Shown piece after piece: positions 1 through 9,549 of a stretch of DNA of 64,000 nt. The stretch is from contig CAZZKJ010000004.1 of NCBI GenBank assembly GCA_964654695.1, forward strand, positions 30,043 through 94,042. Direction: 5' to 3'. The translations under genes and the position numbers were made by a program. The notes beneath the pieces are model-generated. The model made no database searches. It saw only the letters and a list, made by a program, of their open reading frames with translations, and was not told where the DNA came from. Each line of letters opens with the position of its first letter. The stretch's first letter is position 1. The stretch is from an uncultured bacterium (GTDB lineage: Bacteria > Krumholzibacteriota > Krumholzibacteriia > WVZY01).

Positions 1-431
1 GCATCCAATATCGCTTCGGGCCGGGGCGGGCACCCCGGTATGAACACGTCTACGGGAATAATCTGGTCGATACCCTGGATCGCCGCATAATTGTCATAAA
101 AACCGCCGGATGAAGCGCATGCGCCCATTGAAATCACCCATTTTGGTTCGCACATTTGTTCATATATACGTTTTAATACGGGCCCCATCTTGTAATTGAT
201 GGTACCCGCAACTATCAGCAGATCCGATTGACGGGGGGAAAACCGAACCAGTTCCGCCCCAAAACGGGATATATCAAACATGCCCGAAACGACACCCATG
301 AACTCGATTGCGCAGCACGCTGTCCCGAATGGAAGCGGCCAAAGGGAATTCTTGTGCCCCCATTTTATCACCTCTTCCACGCGGGTGGTGATGATGCCGG
401 TTTCGTTTTTTATCCCGGACTCTATTCCCAT
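1..431 (-). CDS. nuoB: NADH-quinone oxidoreductase subunit B (NuoB/NQO6), partial; the C-terminus runs off the window edge. Not in the ORF track. The ATG at 431..429 overlaps the nuoA stop.
   Basis: Minus-strand translation gives [61 protein letters not shown]...[43 protein letters not shown]. These are the hallmark NuoB/NQO6 motifs ([21 protein letters not shown]). Confidence 0.85.
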   Translation of the reverse strand, partial: MGIESGIKNETGIITTRVEEVIKWGHKNSLWPLPFGTACCAIEFMGVVSGMFDISRFGAELVRFSPRQSDLLIVAGTINYKMGPVLKRIYEQMCEPKWVISMGACASSGGFYDNYAAIQGIDQIIPVDVFIPGCPPRPEAILD

Positions 432-790
432 TCCAGAGCTCCTTTTTTCCACGCGTAGAACAGACCCAGAATAAGCATGAAAAGAAAAACCGACATCTCG
501 ATAAATCCATAGAGACCGAGTTTCCTGAAGATAACCGCCCACGGGAAAATAAACACCGTCTCCACATCAAATATAATGAACAAAAGGGCAACGAGGAAAA
601 ACTGCACCGAAAATCTTTTGCGGGGGCTGGCCGCGGGATCATTGCCGCATTCGAAAGGTTTCATCTTGGCAGGAGTGCTCTTTTTCAGACCGGACAGGGA
701 TGCTACGGCCACCAGCACGGCGGGAATCACCAGCGCCAACAGCAGCAAGAGGAGCATGGGAAGATATCTATAAGCTACCAGCATAAACAC
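422..790 (-). CDS. nuoA: NADH-quinone oxidoreductase subunit A (NuoA/ND3)
   Basis: 122 aa, three TM segments, PFECG motif; immediately upstream of nuoB with overlapping stop/start. Confidence 0.85.
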   Translation of the reverse strand: MFMLVAYRYLPMLLLLLLALVIPAVLVAVASLSGLKKSTPAKMKPFECGNDPAASPRKRFSVQFFLVALLFIIFDVETVFIFPWAVIFRKLGLYGFIEMSVFLFMLILGLFYAWKKGALEWE

Positions 791-1101
791 TATCTATCAG
801 TTGATCCGGTGCGATGAGAAGACAAGCGGCTTCGCGGTCCGGATATAATCGATCTGATCCAGCCGGTCCAGAGGGCGCCCGCGGGACAAAACCCCTTTGT
901 AAAATCTTTCACAAATACTCGTTGAGCCAACGTATCCTTTTCAATCGCATAAGTCAAGTGAATTCAGGCACCGCGCGGGTTCGCACGTTTTCATAAAGGA
1001 TTTATTGGCCGCTGACATAAAAGCATATCCGAGTCCGAGCCTGATGCAGATCGAAACCCGGGTCTTGCAGTCAGCTCATTCGGTGAACCTATAAAGCATT
1101 C

Positions 1102-2046
1102 TCAGACGGGCGTAAGTATAAAGATAAAGTCGAGGCCGTATTTCCATAGTCCGGGCAGCATGGCGAGCTCGCTCGAAAAAAAACGCCAACGGTAATAGAT
1201 GTCGGGGCGCCTCTGTTGATTCGAACGGGCCGCGGCCTTCACGGGCATATCACCGGAAAAGGGAGCATTCCGTGCATGATTCTCGCGCCAGGCTTTCTTC
1301 CTTGGAATAATGCCCGCGTTTCTCAACCCCCTTTTGAATCCATATGTTTTCTTTTTTACAATCTTGAATTCCGCGCGTTCTATCATGTACAAAAGAGTCT
1401 TTGCCGGAAAAAAGAATATGTGACCCTTATGGCTGAAGGCCGGCTTCCCCTCCTGCGCACAGTAATCGATCAGTGTGCGCGAATCGTTCAATCCGTTTGG
1501 AACGGAGAGCCTTATCATGCCGCCGGGCTTGAGAAGCGTCCTGCAGATTGTCAACATTCCGAACGGATCACGGACATGCTCTAATACATTGTTAATATTG
1601 ATAAAATCGAAAGCCTCATGTTCAAAACCGGCTTCGTCAAGCTCTCCGTTGTAGACATCCAGTCCCAGTTCCTCGCGGGCGTTTCGGGCCGCGCTTCCAC
1701 CGAATTCCAAACCCATGACCTTCCAGCCGCAGCTGTCGCGTATTCCTTTCAGAAAGAATCCTTCAGCGCAGCCTATGTCCAGGAATGTTCCGTTCTTTTT
1801 CCACTGTGTCAGCCGGCGGGAAAAAACCCGCCCTTTGCCTTCTTCCCTGCCCGGATCAAAATCGTAATACGAAGCCGAGTAAAAAGCGGACAGCTCGGCG
1901 CGCGTTGGGAGCGGGCTGAAGCCGATTACACCGCAGGAGCCGCACCTCGATATATCGAAGGCGCCTGCAGCATCGAGACGCGCCGCGCCCAGAATCTTGA
2001 ATTCATCTCCGCCGCATATCGAGCATTTGTCCATGATAGTGTTCAC
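1102..2046 (-). CDS. Class I SAM-dependent methyltransferase with an N-terminal Cys4 zinc ribbon (CSICGG...CGSCG)
   Basis: LDIGCAEGFF (SAM motif I), LLKPGGMI (motif III post-region); divergent from the DUF2064/rhomboid/rSAM operon. Confidence 0.7.
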   Translation of the reverse strand: MNTIMDKCSICGGDEFKILGAARLDAAGAFDISRCGSCGVIGFSPLPTRAELSAFYSASYYDFDPGREEGKGRVFSRRLTQWKKNGTFLDIGCAEGFFLKGIRDSCGWKVMGLEFGGSAARNAREELGLDVYNGELDEAGFEHEAFDFININNVLEHVRDPFGMLTICRTLLKPGGMIRLSVPNGLNDSRTLIDYCAQEGKPAFSHKGHIFFFPAKTLLYMIERAEFKIVKKKTYGFKRGLRNAGIIPRKKAWRENHARNAPFSGDMPVKAAARSNQQRRPDIYYRWRFFSSELAMLPGLWKYGLDFIFILTPV

Positions 2047-2120
2047 TTTATATTTCCGTGAGAATTGGTTATAGTATTATAATTCATATTCGCTTCAATT
2101 TCTAACAGGATAAACGAAAC

Positions 2121-2807
2121 ATGGCTTACAACAAGCGGCTGGGAGTATTCGTTAAAATCCCCGAGAGCGGAAGCGTAAAAACCCGGCTGGTTCCCCCCCT
2201 GTCCGCTGGTGAAGCGGCAGATTTGTCTCTCGCTTTCATACGGGATTTTTTCGAGCGTCTCTCGAGATTGAAAAAGCTGCAGGCGACTGTATTTTTCACC
2301 GGCGCCGATTCCTCAATAATAGAACCATACATTCCCGAAAATTTCTCAATGGAGCCTCAGAAGGGAGAAAATCTGGGACAAAAGCTCAAGAGCGCCTTCA
2401 GTCACATGCTGAAGGGCGAAAGCGAAACCGCAGTGATCGTCGGAACCGACAGCCCCGATATGCCGTTGAGGTACATAAAAAGAGCCTTTTTCAAACTCAA
2501 GCATAAAGACGTGGTTCTCGGACCCTGCGCCGACGGAGGTTATTACCTGATAGGTTTAAAAGCAGCCCACGAAAAACTGTTCGAAAGTATCCATTGGAGC
2601 GAGAGCACGGTTTTTATTGAAACGCTCCGAGCTGTCAATGACGGAGGACTTTCCCTGTCGCTCATGCCCCTGTGGTATGATGTCGATGATGCCCGGACCC
2701 TTGCGCTGCTCCGCGCGATGATGCTTGGGAAAAAAATTGAAAAAAGCGGCGGACTCAAGGCCACCAGCCAATTGCTCGCACGCATAACTCGGGAAAAAAA
2801 ATTATAA
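2121..2807 (+). CDS. DUF2064 / TIGR04282-like nucleotidyl- or glycosyl-transferase (GT-A-like) family protein
   Basis: 228 aa; the N-terminal GVFVKIPESGSVKTRL and central VIVGTDSPDMP...VVLGPCADGGYYLIGL blocks are typical of DUF2064. Confidence 0.55.
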   Translation: MAYNKRLGVFVKIPESGSVKTRLVPPLSAGEAADLSLAFIRDFFERLSRLKKLQATVFFTGADSSIIEPYIPENFSMEPQKGENLGQKLKSAFSHMLKGESETAVIVGTDSPDMPLRYIKRAFFKLKHKDVVLGPCADGGYYLIGLKAAHEKLFESIHWSESTVFIETLRAVNDGGLSLSLMPLWYDVDDARTLALLRAMMLGKKIEKSGGLKATSQLLARITREKKL

Positions 2808-3545
2808 ATGTTTCTGCCGATCAAGGATATAAACCCTACCGTTCGATTCCCATACATGACGATTGCGCTCATTTTCGCAAATGTTCTTGTATTCCTTTAT
2901 GAATTGATCCTCGGACCGCACCTGGGCCGGTTCGTAGCGGCTTATGGAGCGACTCCTTACGAACTAACCCACGGTGTTGATCTCATTGGAAGGATCGGAA
3001 GAATCGGCGTCATTCATGAGAAGGGCCCGCCGCTTCTCCATCTAACGGTGCTTACATCCATGTTCATGCACGGCGGATTTTTTCATATCGCAGGCAATAT
3101 GCTCTACCTTTGGATATTCGGCAACAATATTGAAGATCTCCTCGGGCCTGTTAAATTTTTATTCTTTTACCTGACTTGTGGGCTGCTGGCCGCTGCGATC
3201 CACACTGCTGTCCAACCGAATTCCATTTTGCCAACGATAGGGGCAAGCGGGGCCGTTGCGGGGGTACTCGGCGCTTATCTGATCGCATTCCCCAGGGCCC
3301 GGGTGCTGTCGGTGGTTTTCATATTTTTCTTCATCCGCCTGATCGAGCTTCCCGCGTCCGTCATTTTGTTCTTTTGGTTTATCCTGCAGGCATTCAGCGG
3401 AGCGGCTTCGCTCGGTTCGGGAGCCTCTCAGGGCGGGGTCGCATGGTTCGCCCACATCGGCGGATTCATCTCAGGCATAGCGCTCATTAAGATACTGGCC
3501 GGGAATACACTTCGAAGGCTGAGCGCGGCGGATAAATGGCGCTAA
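2808..3545 (+). CDS. Rhomboid family intramembrane serine protease
   Basis: HGGFFHIAGNMLYLWIFG, catalytic GASGAVAGVLGAY and AHIGGF His; multi-TM; the ATG abuts the upstream TAA. Confidence 0.8.
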   Translation: MFLPIKDINPTVRFPYMTIALIFANVLVFLYELILGPHLGRFVAAYGATPYELTHGVDLIGRIGRIGVIHEKGPPLLHLTVLTSMFMHGGFFHIAGNMLYLWIFGNNIEDLLGPVKFLFFYLTCGLLAAAIHTAVQPNSILPTIGASGAVAGVLGAYLIAFPRARVLSVVFIFFFIRLIELPASVILFFWFILQAFSGAASLGSGASQGGVAWFAHIGGFISGIALIKILAGNTLRRLSAADKWR

Positions 3546-3557
3546 GCCGGCAATGCC

Positions 3558-4607
3558 ATGGACATCAAAACCATTTTGATAGAAAAAAGTGCGATTCATG
3601 AACTCCTTTCTAGGCGCATTATAGATAATGCAGGCGGAGCTGAAGTCATTGTCTTCAATCAGGGACAGAGCCGGGAACCGGCCGGTCTCGCTGCATCTGA
3701 ATTTCTGAAAAAGCTCGCTCATACCCACACACTTGTTATCACCCGCCGCCGAGGAGAATTCATCAAGCCTTTTCCCAGCCATCCATGGTATGGAAACAAA
3801 AACAAGACGGATGACTTCAGCCTGATTACCGGATATAACTGCCCGGCATCGTGCCTTTACTGCTTCACCAAATCGTACTTCGATGATCCCTTCCCTACTA
3901 TTCATGCAAATGTAGATGAAATGCTGGTCCGGCTGGAAACATTCCTTTGCAAAAACCCCCGCGCTCGAATATCCACGGGTGAATTCACGGACAGTTTGTT
4001 TCTCGATCGCGTCACTCGCATCAATGAACAATTAGCCGGCGTGGTTGCCGGATTCCCCGAATGCAGGCTTGAGCTGCGGACGAAAATGGCCGATGTCAGC
4101 CACATGCCTCGTTTGGAATGCGGGAATATAACCGCCGCCTGGTCGCTGAATCCGGAAAAAGCCATCCGGTCGGCCGAACCCGGAACCGCCGGTCTTGACC
4201 ACAGACTCGATGCGGCCCTAGAACTGCATAACAGAGGCTACAACATAGCCCTAAGATTCGATCCGCTTCTCGACACGGGGACAGATGGCGATCGATACAC
4301 GGCCATGGCCGAAAGAATTCAAGCAAAACTCGGTTGGGAACGTGTAAATGAAGTCTTCCTGGGCGCGCTCAGACTCAACGACGACATGATGAATCTTCTT
4401 TGCGCTTCAGGAGCGGGACGCCGGCTTATCAGCGGCGAGTTCATCAAATGTCCCGATGGTAAATACCGGCTTCATAAATACGGACGTATAAGAACGTATA
4501 AAAACGCTCTTCACGCAATAAGGCGGCTCGCCCCGAAAATACCGGTCCGCCTGATGATGGAACCCGATTACGTTCGCAGAAGTGTCCTGCCGTCGGTCCC
4601 CGGTTAG
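3558..4607 (+). CDS. Radical SAM protein, SPL / COG1533 (spore-photoproduct-lyase-like) family
   Basis: CPASCLYC = Cx3Cx2C radical-SAM cluster motif near residue 95; ~350 aa; size and motif position fit the SplB-like family. Confidence 0.6.
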   Translation: MDIKTILIEKSAIHELLSRRIIDNAGGAEVIVFNQGQSREPAGLAASEFLKKLAHTHTLVITRRRGEFIKPFPSHPWYGNKNKTDDFSLITGYNCPASCLYCFTKSYFDDPFPTIHANVDEMLVRLETFLCKNPRARISTGEFTDSLFLDRVTRINEQLAGVVAGFPECRLELRTKMADVSHMPRLECGNITAAWSLNPEKAIRSAEPGTAGLDHRLDAALELHNRGYNIALRFDPLLDTGTDGDRYTAMAERIQAKLGWERVNEVFLGALRLNDDMMNLLCASGAGRRLISGEFIKCPDGKYRLHKYGRIRTYKNALHAIRRLAPKIPVRLMMEPDYVRRSVLPSVPG

Positions 4608-5854
4608 TTCTGCGGCTTTCGCGTACCGAACCCGACTCTTTGAAAAAATCTTTCGAGCGCCAGGGAAGCCAGAATAATTGCGAACGGATAGCTGGGAAGG
4701 TTATACCTGGTACTGGAAACGACCAGCATGTGAAAAATAGTGAAGTAAAATATTGGGGATAATATGAATACCGTGTTGAAACGGTTGCGCTTGCATCCCC
4801 AAAAGGCGCCGGCAATCGCCAACAGGATAAGTGTTCCATTCAAGGCCGCGGACCTGGCGGTAGGCACCCAGACGCTGTCCGAGCGGATATTGAACCAACC
4901 GGCCACGAGCTTTACCACGATCAGCCGGGCATATCCCAGCGGGTGATTTCTTATGTTTTCCAGTGCGGCTTCGGTGAATATCCTGTTGCTTTCTATCTCT
5001 CCCTTGCCCTCGAGCCGCCGTTTGAGATAATCCGGGTGGGCTTCAAGCGGGATATTGGGTTTCGCACGGGCGGGCGGATAGCTTCCAAGGAAAAGATTAT
5101 AACCGGAAGAGGTAAACCCCGGCACGAAGGCATCAAACACATAATAATTCCTGGCCACCCATGGAATATACAGCAGCAGAAAAGCCGTCGAGTATATTGC
5201 AATCCCTGCCGCCGCTTTGCGCCGGAGCTTTCGTTCGCGCCAGACAAGCATGCCGGCGAAGATCAAAGGCAGTCCCACCGCCGTAGGCCTGCACAAAAAA
5301 GAAGCTCCTGCCAGGATGCCTGCTCCTATCTTCCAGCCTATGCCTCGTTCCATCAGAGCCCTGTGCATGAAATAAAAACTCAATACTATCAGCAGCAAAA
5401 ACAGGGTCTCGGTTATAACCGCGCCTGTAAAACGAATAAACGGCAGGTACAGCGCCGAGAACAGGGCGGAAAACAAAGCCTGCCTGCGTTCTTCGAAGGC
5501 ACTCAAAGATATAATATAGATAAACAGGCACGTAATTGTGCCGATCACGGCCTGGATAATACCTACCGCCAGAAAATTGCGCCCAAACACTGCATAAATC
5601 CCCGAAAGCATAAGAGGATAAAGAATTGGTCTTCTTGCCGTAGGACGCGGACCGCCGCCGGGTGTTCTGTCGCCGGGCAGCAGATTTTTATCCGACAGGC
5701 TGAAACCATTCCCGTTTAGCAGATTGACCGCGATGTCGTCGTAATGAAGCGCATCCTTTTCGATGGTCTTGACGGGCTTGATCGAGACAAACGCCACCCG
5801 CGCGGTCAGCGCGCCGGCCAGGATCAGCAGTATGTAAGCATGTTTGGACAACAT
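4604..5854 (-). CDS. GT-C fold glycosyltransferase, PMT / ArnT (GT39/GT83) family membrane protein
   Basis: 416 aa, ~10 TM helices; N-terminal periplasmic loop with DD-type motif (ALHYDDIAV) characteristic of ArnT/PMT. Confidence 0.6.
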   Translation of the reverse strand: MLSKHAYILLILAGALTARVAFVSIKPVKTIEKDALHYDDIAVNLLNGNGFSLSDKNLLPGDRTPGGGPRPTARRPILYPLMLSGIYAVFGRNFLAVGIIQAVIGTITCLFIYIISLSAFEERRQALFSALFSALYLPFIRFTGAVITETLFLLLIVLSFYFMHRALMERGIGWKIGAGILAGASFLCRPTAVGLPLIFAGMLVWRERKLRRKAAAGIAIYSTAFLLLYIPWVARNYYVFDAFVPGFTSSGYNLFLGSYPPARAKPNIPLEAHPDYLKRRLEGKGEIESNRIFTEAALENIRNHPLGYARLIVVKLVAGWFNIRSDSVWVPTARSAALNGTLILLAIAGAFWGCKRNRFNTVFILSPIFYFTIFHMLVVSSTRYNLPSYPFAIILASLALERFFQRVGFGTRKPQN

Positions 5855-5863
5855 TCTATTCTA

Positions 5864-6526
5864 TCAAGGAAACATTCTGAAAACGTTGAGAAGTTCTTCG
5901 CCCTCTGCGCCGTTTAAATGATGCACATCTCCAAGAAGCTCGATTCTCGGGAGACGGCGGGGAAAGATTATTTTGGTGATGGAACCGTTCTTTATCTTGA
6001 ATCGCCAGATGTCGTCGAGCTTCATTCCGAGCAGGCTTGTAAGGTAGGTGCAAATAACGCCTCCATGCACGAAAACAGCTATAACCCCTTCCGGACGTTC
6101 ACCGGATATTCTATTGATTTCCCTTGATACCCGCCTGCGAAATGCAGCCAGTTTTTCCCCTCCTTTTATATTCACACGCGAAGGAGTTGAAAACCATTTT
6201 TCCACTTCTCCGGGAAACCGCTTCTTGAGATCGGCGGCTTTGGCCCCCTCCCATTCGCCGAGATTTATCTCCCTGAGCGCAGGACTCTCTTCTGCCGGGA
6301 TCGCCCCTCCGAATGACGCAAGAGCTATTTTTCGCGTATCCACCGCTCTTTTTGAAGTACTGGATACCGCGTATGTCACATTCTCGCCCCTTAATCTCCG
6401 ACCAACACGTTCGGCCTGCTCTTTGCCCAGATCGCTCAGCTCGGATTCCATGAATCCCTGTATTCTTCCCCGGCGGTTCCATAAAGATTCGCCGTGACGT
6501 ATCAGAAAAAGCGTCAACATGAACAT
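5864..6526 (-). CDS. Histidine phosphatase family protein (phosphoglycerate-mutase-like)
   Basis: LIRHGES...N (RHG motif), VFVHGGVI (second His motif). Confidence 0.75.
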   Translation of the reverse strand: MFMLTLFLIRHGESLWNRRGRIQGFMESELSDLGKEQAERVGRRLRGENVTYAVSSTSKRAVDTRKIALASFGGAIPAEESPALREINLGEWEGAKAADLKKRFPGEVEKWFSTPSRVNIKGGEKLAAFRRRVSREINRISGERPEGVIAVFVHGGVICTYLTSLLGMKLDDIWRFKIKNGSITKIIFPRRLPRIELLGDVHHLNGAEGEELLNVFRMFP

Positions 6527-6614
6527 CCTTCTTTATTTTGAAATCGCGATTCGCTGAAGAAAAAACGATAATAGCGAAACGCCGGCGCGGGGACAAATAA
6601 AATCAATCGCCCTT

Positions 6615-8630
6615 TTAACGCGTTTGATCGCAATAAATCATTCTGCCGACGCGGGAGAGAGCGTCCCAGGAAAACGGAGCCTTTGGATCGAGCCGGGCAG
6701 CTGCCAGATAGGAATCATAAGCCTCCCGGTATTCCCCCTTTTTCTCTTTCTCGGAAGCAATTAAATAATGCGCCTCGGCAAAATCATAGCCCATTTCGGC
6801 AATCGCATCCAGCAGCAGCGCTTCCCTTTTTGTGTCCCCCGAATTCCCCGCCGATTCCCAGAGCGCCTGCAGATAGCCGACGGCGAATTTACGGACCATG
6901 AAATCGAGTTTCCGGGGATTGCGTTTTAAGACCCCGGTATCGTATGCTGCAAGCAGATTTCTCCTTCGCTGATTTATTAGTTTCTCATTCGAGCTGTTTC
7001 TCGATGCAGCGGTATTTTGCGCAACCGCTTCAAATATAATTCCGTGCCTTTCCAGCCTCCACGGGCCCAAACGCGACATATTGGTAAAAGAAGTAAAAAA
7101 CACCGGCGCTTTTTCACGCAGAATTTTTCTCTCCCATGCGAAAACATTCTTCCACAAGTTTTTTCTGGGGGATTTTTTCAGCGTTTCTGGAGCATCGAAA
7201 ATATATCCTTTGCGGTGCAGTATGGTAATGTCGCGGTCGAGGCGGCCTGTGCCTGCAAGGTAAGCCGTTATGAAAGTTTCATTATCTCCATCTACAACCA
7301 GCGTGCCGCCTTCGGGAACAGACATAATAATGTTGCGCCCATAAATTTGCGCATCAAAGAAATCGTTTTTATTGTTCAGACTATAATTTGAAACCATCAT
7401 CACCAGCGGCGCTAATAAAAACAACGAGCGAAGAAAGCTTCCGCCGGCTACCGCCGTTCCAGCCGGTCCGGGCCGCAGCAGGGTTTTGTTCCATAGTGCA
7501 AACTTTTTGGGCCAACGATTCATGAGAACTTTTGCCCGCGCCGGAATATCATGAACCGCATAATTCAACACCCCCAACATTCCTGAACCGATCCAAAGAG
7601 CCGCAATAACATAAAGAGGAAGATAAAGAACTGAAAACTGACGCATATGTGTGCTGTCCGGATACGGATTGATGATAAGAATCATGCCCAACATATATGA
7701 AAAAAACATCAGCAGTGTTGCGCGGCAAAATATTTTGTTTCTGGAATTCAAGACCGCAATACCCGGCAGGCTTAATAAAAGCAGACCCGGCGAGAATTCC
7801 CTGGTTAATAAAACAAAAACGCTTTGTATATTCGCTAGAACCATGCTTACAGACAAGGAATTCTGGCGGAGGGCCCCGTAGTTTCGCCTTAGAAGGTAGG
7901 AGATGAACTGATCAAAATTCAACGCTCCACCCCAGCTTATCACCGGGTTTAGATGCGATCGAGCGGGCAGGAGCAGGTACGGAGAGAGACCCAGCATCAA
8001 AAGCAGAATCGGAAACAGCATATTTATTTTCCCCTGCCGCAGAGCAAGTTTTCTAATCATAAATACGGCATAACCGGCTGCCGGAAGAAAGAGCGCCATG
8101 CTTTGATGTAAAACCAGGGATAATCCGGCCAGATAACAGAGCAAATACAGGTGCCGGATCTGCTTTTCCCTGATCAGGAGTTCGATACAAAGAAGAAACA
8201 GGGAGGTGCCCAGGCATGCCAGACTGTACACCTCGGTAATCGTCGCCTGCGACCAGAAGCTTTTACTGAAAGCAAGGATAAGAGATCCGGCGGCGGCAAT
8301 TACCGATGAATTTGTCAAACGCAGGAGCAGAACAGCCAGAACGCCGACCGCAAAGGATCCCGCCGCTGCGGACAGAAGATTGGTCATATATGCGGGTTCT
8401 GCCGTTTTTCCGGCAATAATGAACAATCTGCCCAACAGAGCAAACAATGGATAGCCGGGGGGATGGGGAATTCCCAGACCGGCGGCGGCAAGAGCAAGCT
8501 CGCCGCTATCGCCGGCATAGACGGCAGGGCAGAGGGTATAGGCAAAGACGGCGAATGCAGCCGCCGTCGTCGCCGTAAATACCGCTTGTCTTCTGAAGCA
8601 CTTCCTGTCATACGGAGAAAGTGCGCTCAT
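6615..8630 (-). CDS. DUF2723 / PMT-like multi-TM glycosyltransferase-like protein with C-terminal TPR repeats
   Basis: 671 aa; N-terminal ~400 aa polytopic membrane domain; C-terminal soluble region with TPR-like AY..A....P repeats. Confidence 0.5.
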   Translation of the reverse strand: MSALSPYDRKCFRRQAVFTATTAAAFAVFAYTLCPAVYAGDSGELALAAAGLGIPHPPGYPLFALLGRLFIIAGKTAEPAYMTNLLSAAAGSFAVGVLAVLLLRLTNSSVIAAAGSLILAFSKSFWSQATITEVYSLACLGTSLFLLCIELLIREKQIRHLYLLCYLAGLSLVLHQSMALFLPAAGYAVFMIRKLALRQGKINMLFPILLLMLGLSPYLLLPARSHLNPVISWGGALNFDQFISYLLRRNYGALRQNSLSVSMVLANIQSVFVLLTREFSPGLLLLSLPGIAVLNSRNKIFCRATLLMFFSYMLGMILIINPYPDSTHMRQFSVLYLPLYVIAALWIGSGMLGVLNYAVHDIPARAKVLMNRWPKKFALWNKTLLRPGPAGTAVAGGSFLRSLFLLAPLVMMVSNYSLNNKNDFFDAQIYGRNIIMSVPEGGTLVVDGDNETFITAYLAGTGRLDRDITILHRKGYIFDAPETLKKSPRKNLWKNVFAWERKILREKAPVFFTSFTNMSRLGPWRLERHGIIFEAVAQNTAASRNSSNEKLINQRRRNLLAAYDTGVLKRNPRKLDFMVRKFAVGYLQALWESAGNSGDTKREALLLDAIAEMGYDFAEAHYLIASEKEKKGEYREAYDSYLAAARLDPKAPFSWDALSRVGRMIYCDQTR

Positions 8631-8685
8631 CGTTCGCTCCCGCAGAAATGTTAACTGAACTCGTTTAAGGCTTTTCGGCCGAACA

Positions 8686-9063
8686 TCAATAATCCGAATA
8701 GCCGGCGAGGTTACAAATAACAGTTCCGTTTGAGGAATTGTAAACCCATCCGCCGTTGCCGTTATAGCTCGTTACGACGCTGCTGCTGGGCGTTACGGGT
8801 TCCTTCGGCACGTTTCCATCGGCAAATAGAGCCCCCGTAACTGAAGATGGGAATGTCGCGCTTCCATTGAGAGCATTCTGGGCATACTTGATCGAAATTG
8901 CCGAGCGAATATTCCCGAGTGACCCGCGAATGGCCGCTTCTCTGGCCTCCGTCTGCATATCCACGTATTTGGGGATAGCTACTGCGGAGAGAATACCCAG
9001 TATGACTATTACTATAACCAATTCGATCAAGGTAAAACCTTCGGACCTGCGGAAAGACCTCAT
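8686..9063 (-). CDS. gspG: Major pseudopilin / type IV pilin (GspG-like) with class III signal peptide. Start reassigned to the internal ATG, which is preceded by AAGGAGG.
   Basis: MRSFRRSEG|FTLIELVIVIVILGILSAV prepilin peptidase motif; perfect RBS 5 nt upstream of the ATG at 9063; last gene of the T2SS-like operon. Confidence 0.7.
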   Translation of the reverse strand: MRSFRRSEGFTLIELVIVIVILGILSAVAIPKYVDMQTEAREAAIRGSLGNIRSAISIKYAQNALNGSATFPSSVTGALFADGNVPKEPVTPSSSVVTSYNGNGGWVYNSSNGTVICNLAGYSDY

Positions 9064-9076
9064 GAGTTCCTCCTTA

Positions 9077-9469
9077 TTAGAGTTCATTGTCCGCGTTGAC
9101 TCCGATCCCTAGAAGCTCCTTTACTTTTTCGGCAAGAACTTCGGGCTCGAAAGGCTTCTTCATAAATGCATCGGCTCCGACCTGATGACCGAGATCGATA
9201 TCCTGCTGCGTGGTTCTGGCCGACAATAGTATCACCGGGATGTTTTTATATTTCTCGTCGAACTTGAGCAGTCGGCATATCCTGTAGCCGTCAATATTGG
9301 GCAGCATGAGATCGAGGACGATCAAATCCGGATTCTCCTCTCTGGCCTTGCGAAGCCCCTCCGTACCGTCGTTTGCGACTGCCACCTCGAAGTTCTCCTG
9401 CTCGAGCGTGAACTGAATGATCTTCGCGATATGGATTTCGTCATCGACGACGAGTATCTTTTTGGCCAT
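9077..9469 (-). CDS. Single-domain response regulator (CheY-like receiver) embedded in the T2SS operon
   Basis: ILVVDDE...D57-equivalent in LIVLDLMLP, conserved T/K (LLSART..KKPF). Confidence 0.85.
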   Translation of the reverse strand: MAKKILVVDDEIHIAKIIQFTLEQENFEVAVANDGTEGLRKAREENPDLIVLDLMLPNIDGYRICRLLKFDEKYKNIPVILLSARTTQQDIDLGHQVGADAFMKKPFEPEVLAEKVKELLGIGVNADNEL

Positions 9470-9549
9470 GATGCATTCCTTTTTTCGGTTCCTTCATCTT
9501 CGGCCTCTGCCGTATGGAACTTTAGGTTTTTCTATCTCCAGACGCAGAT

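Noticed and set aside
274-642. 122-aa minus-strand ORF spanning the nuoA/nuoB junction
   Set aside because: Wrong frame. The conserved NuoB motifs ([28 protein letters not shown]) are in a different minus frame that starts at the ATG at 431; this ORF is a read-through artefact.
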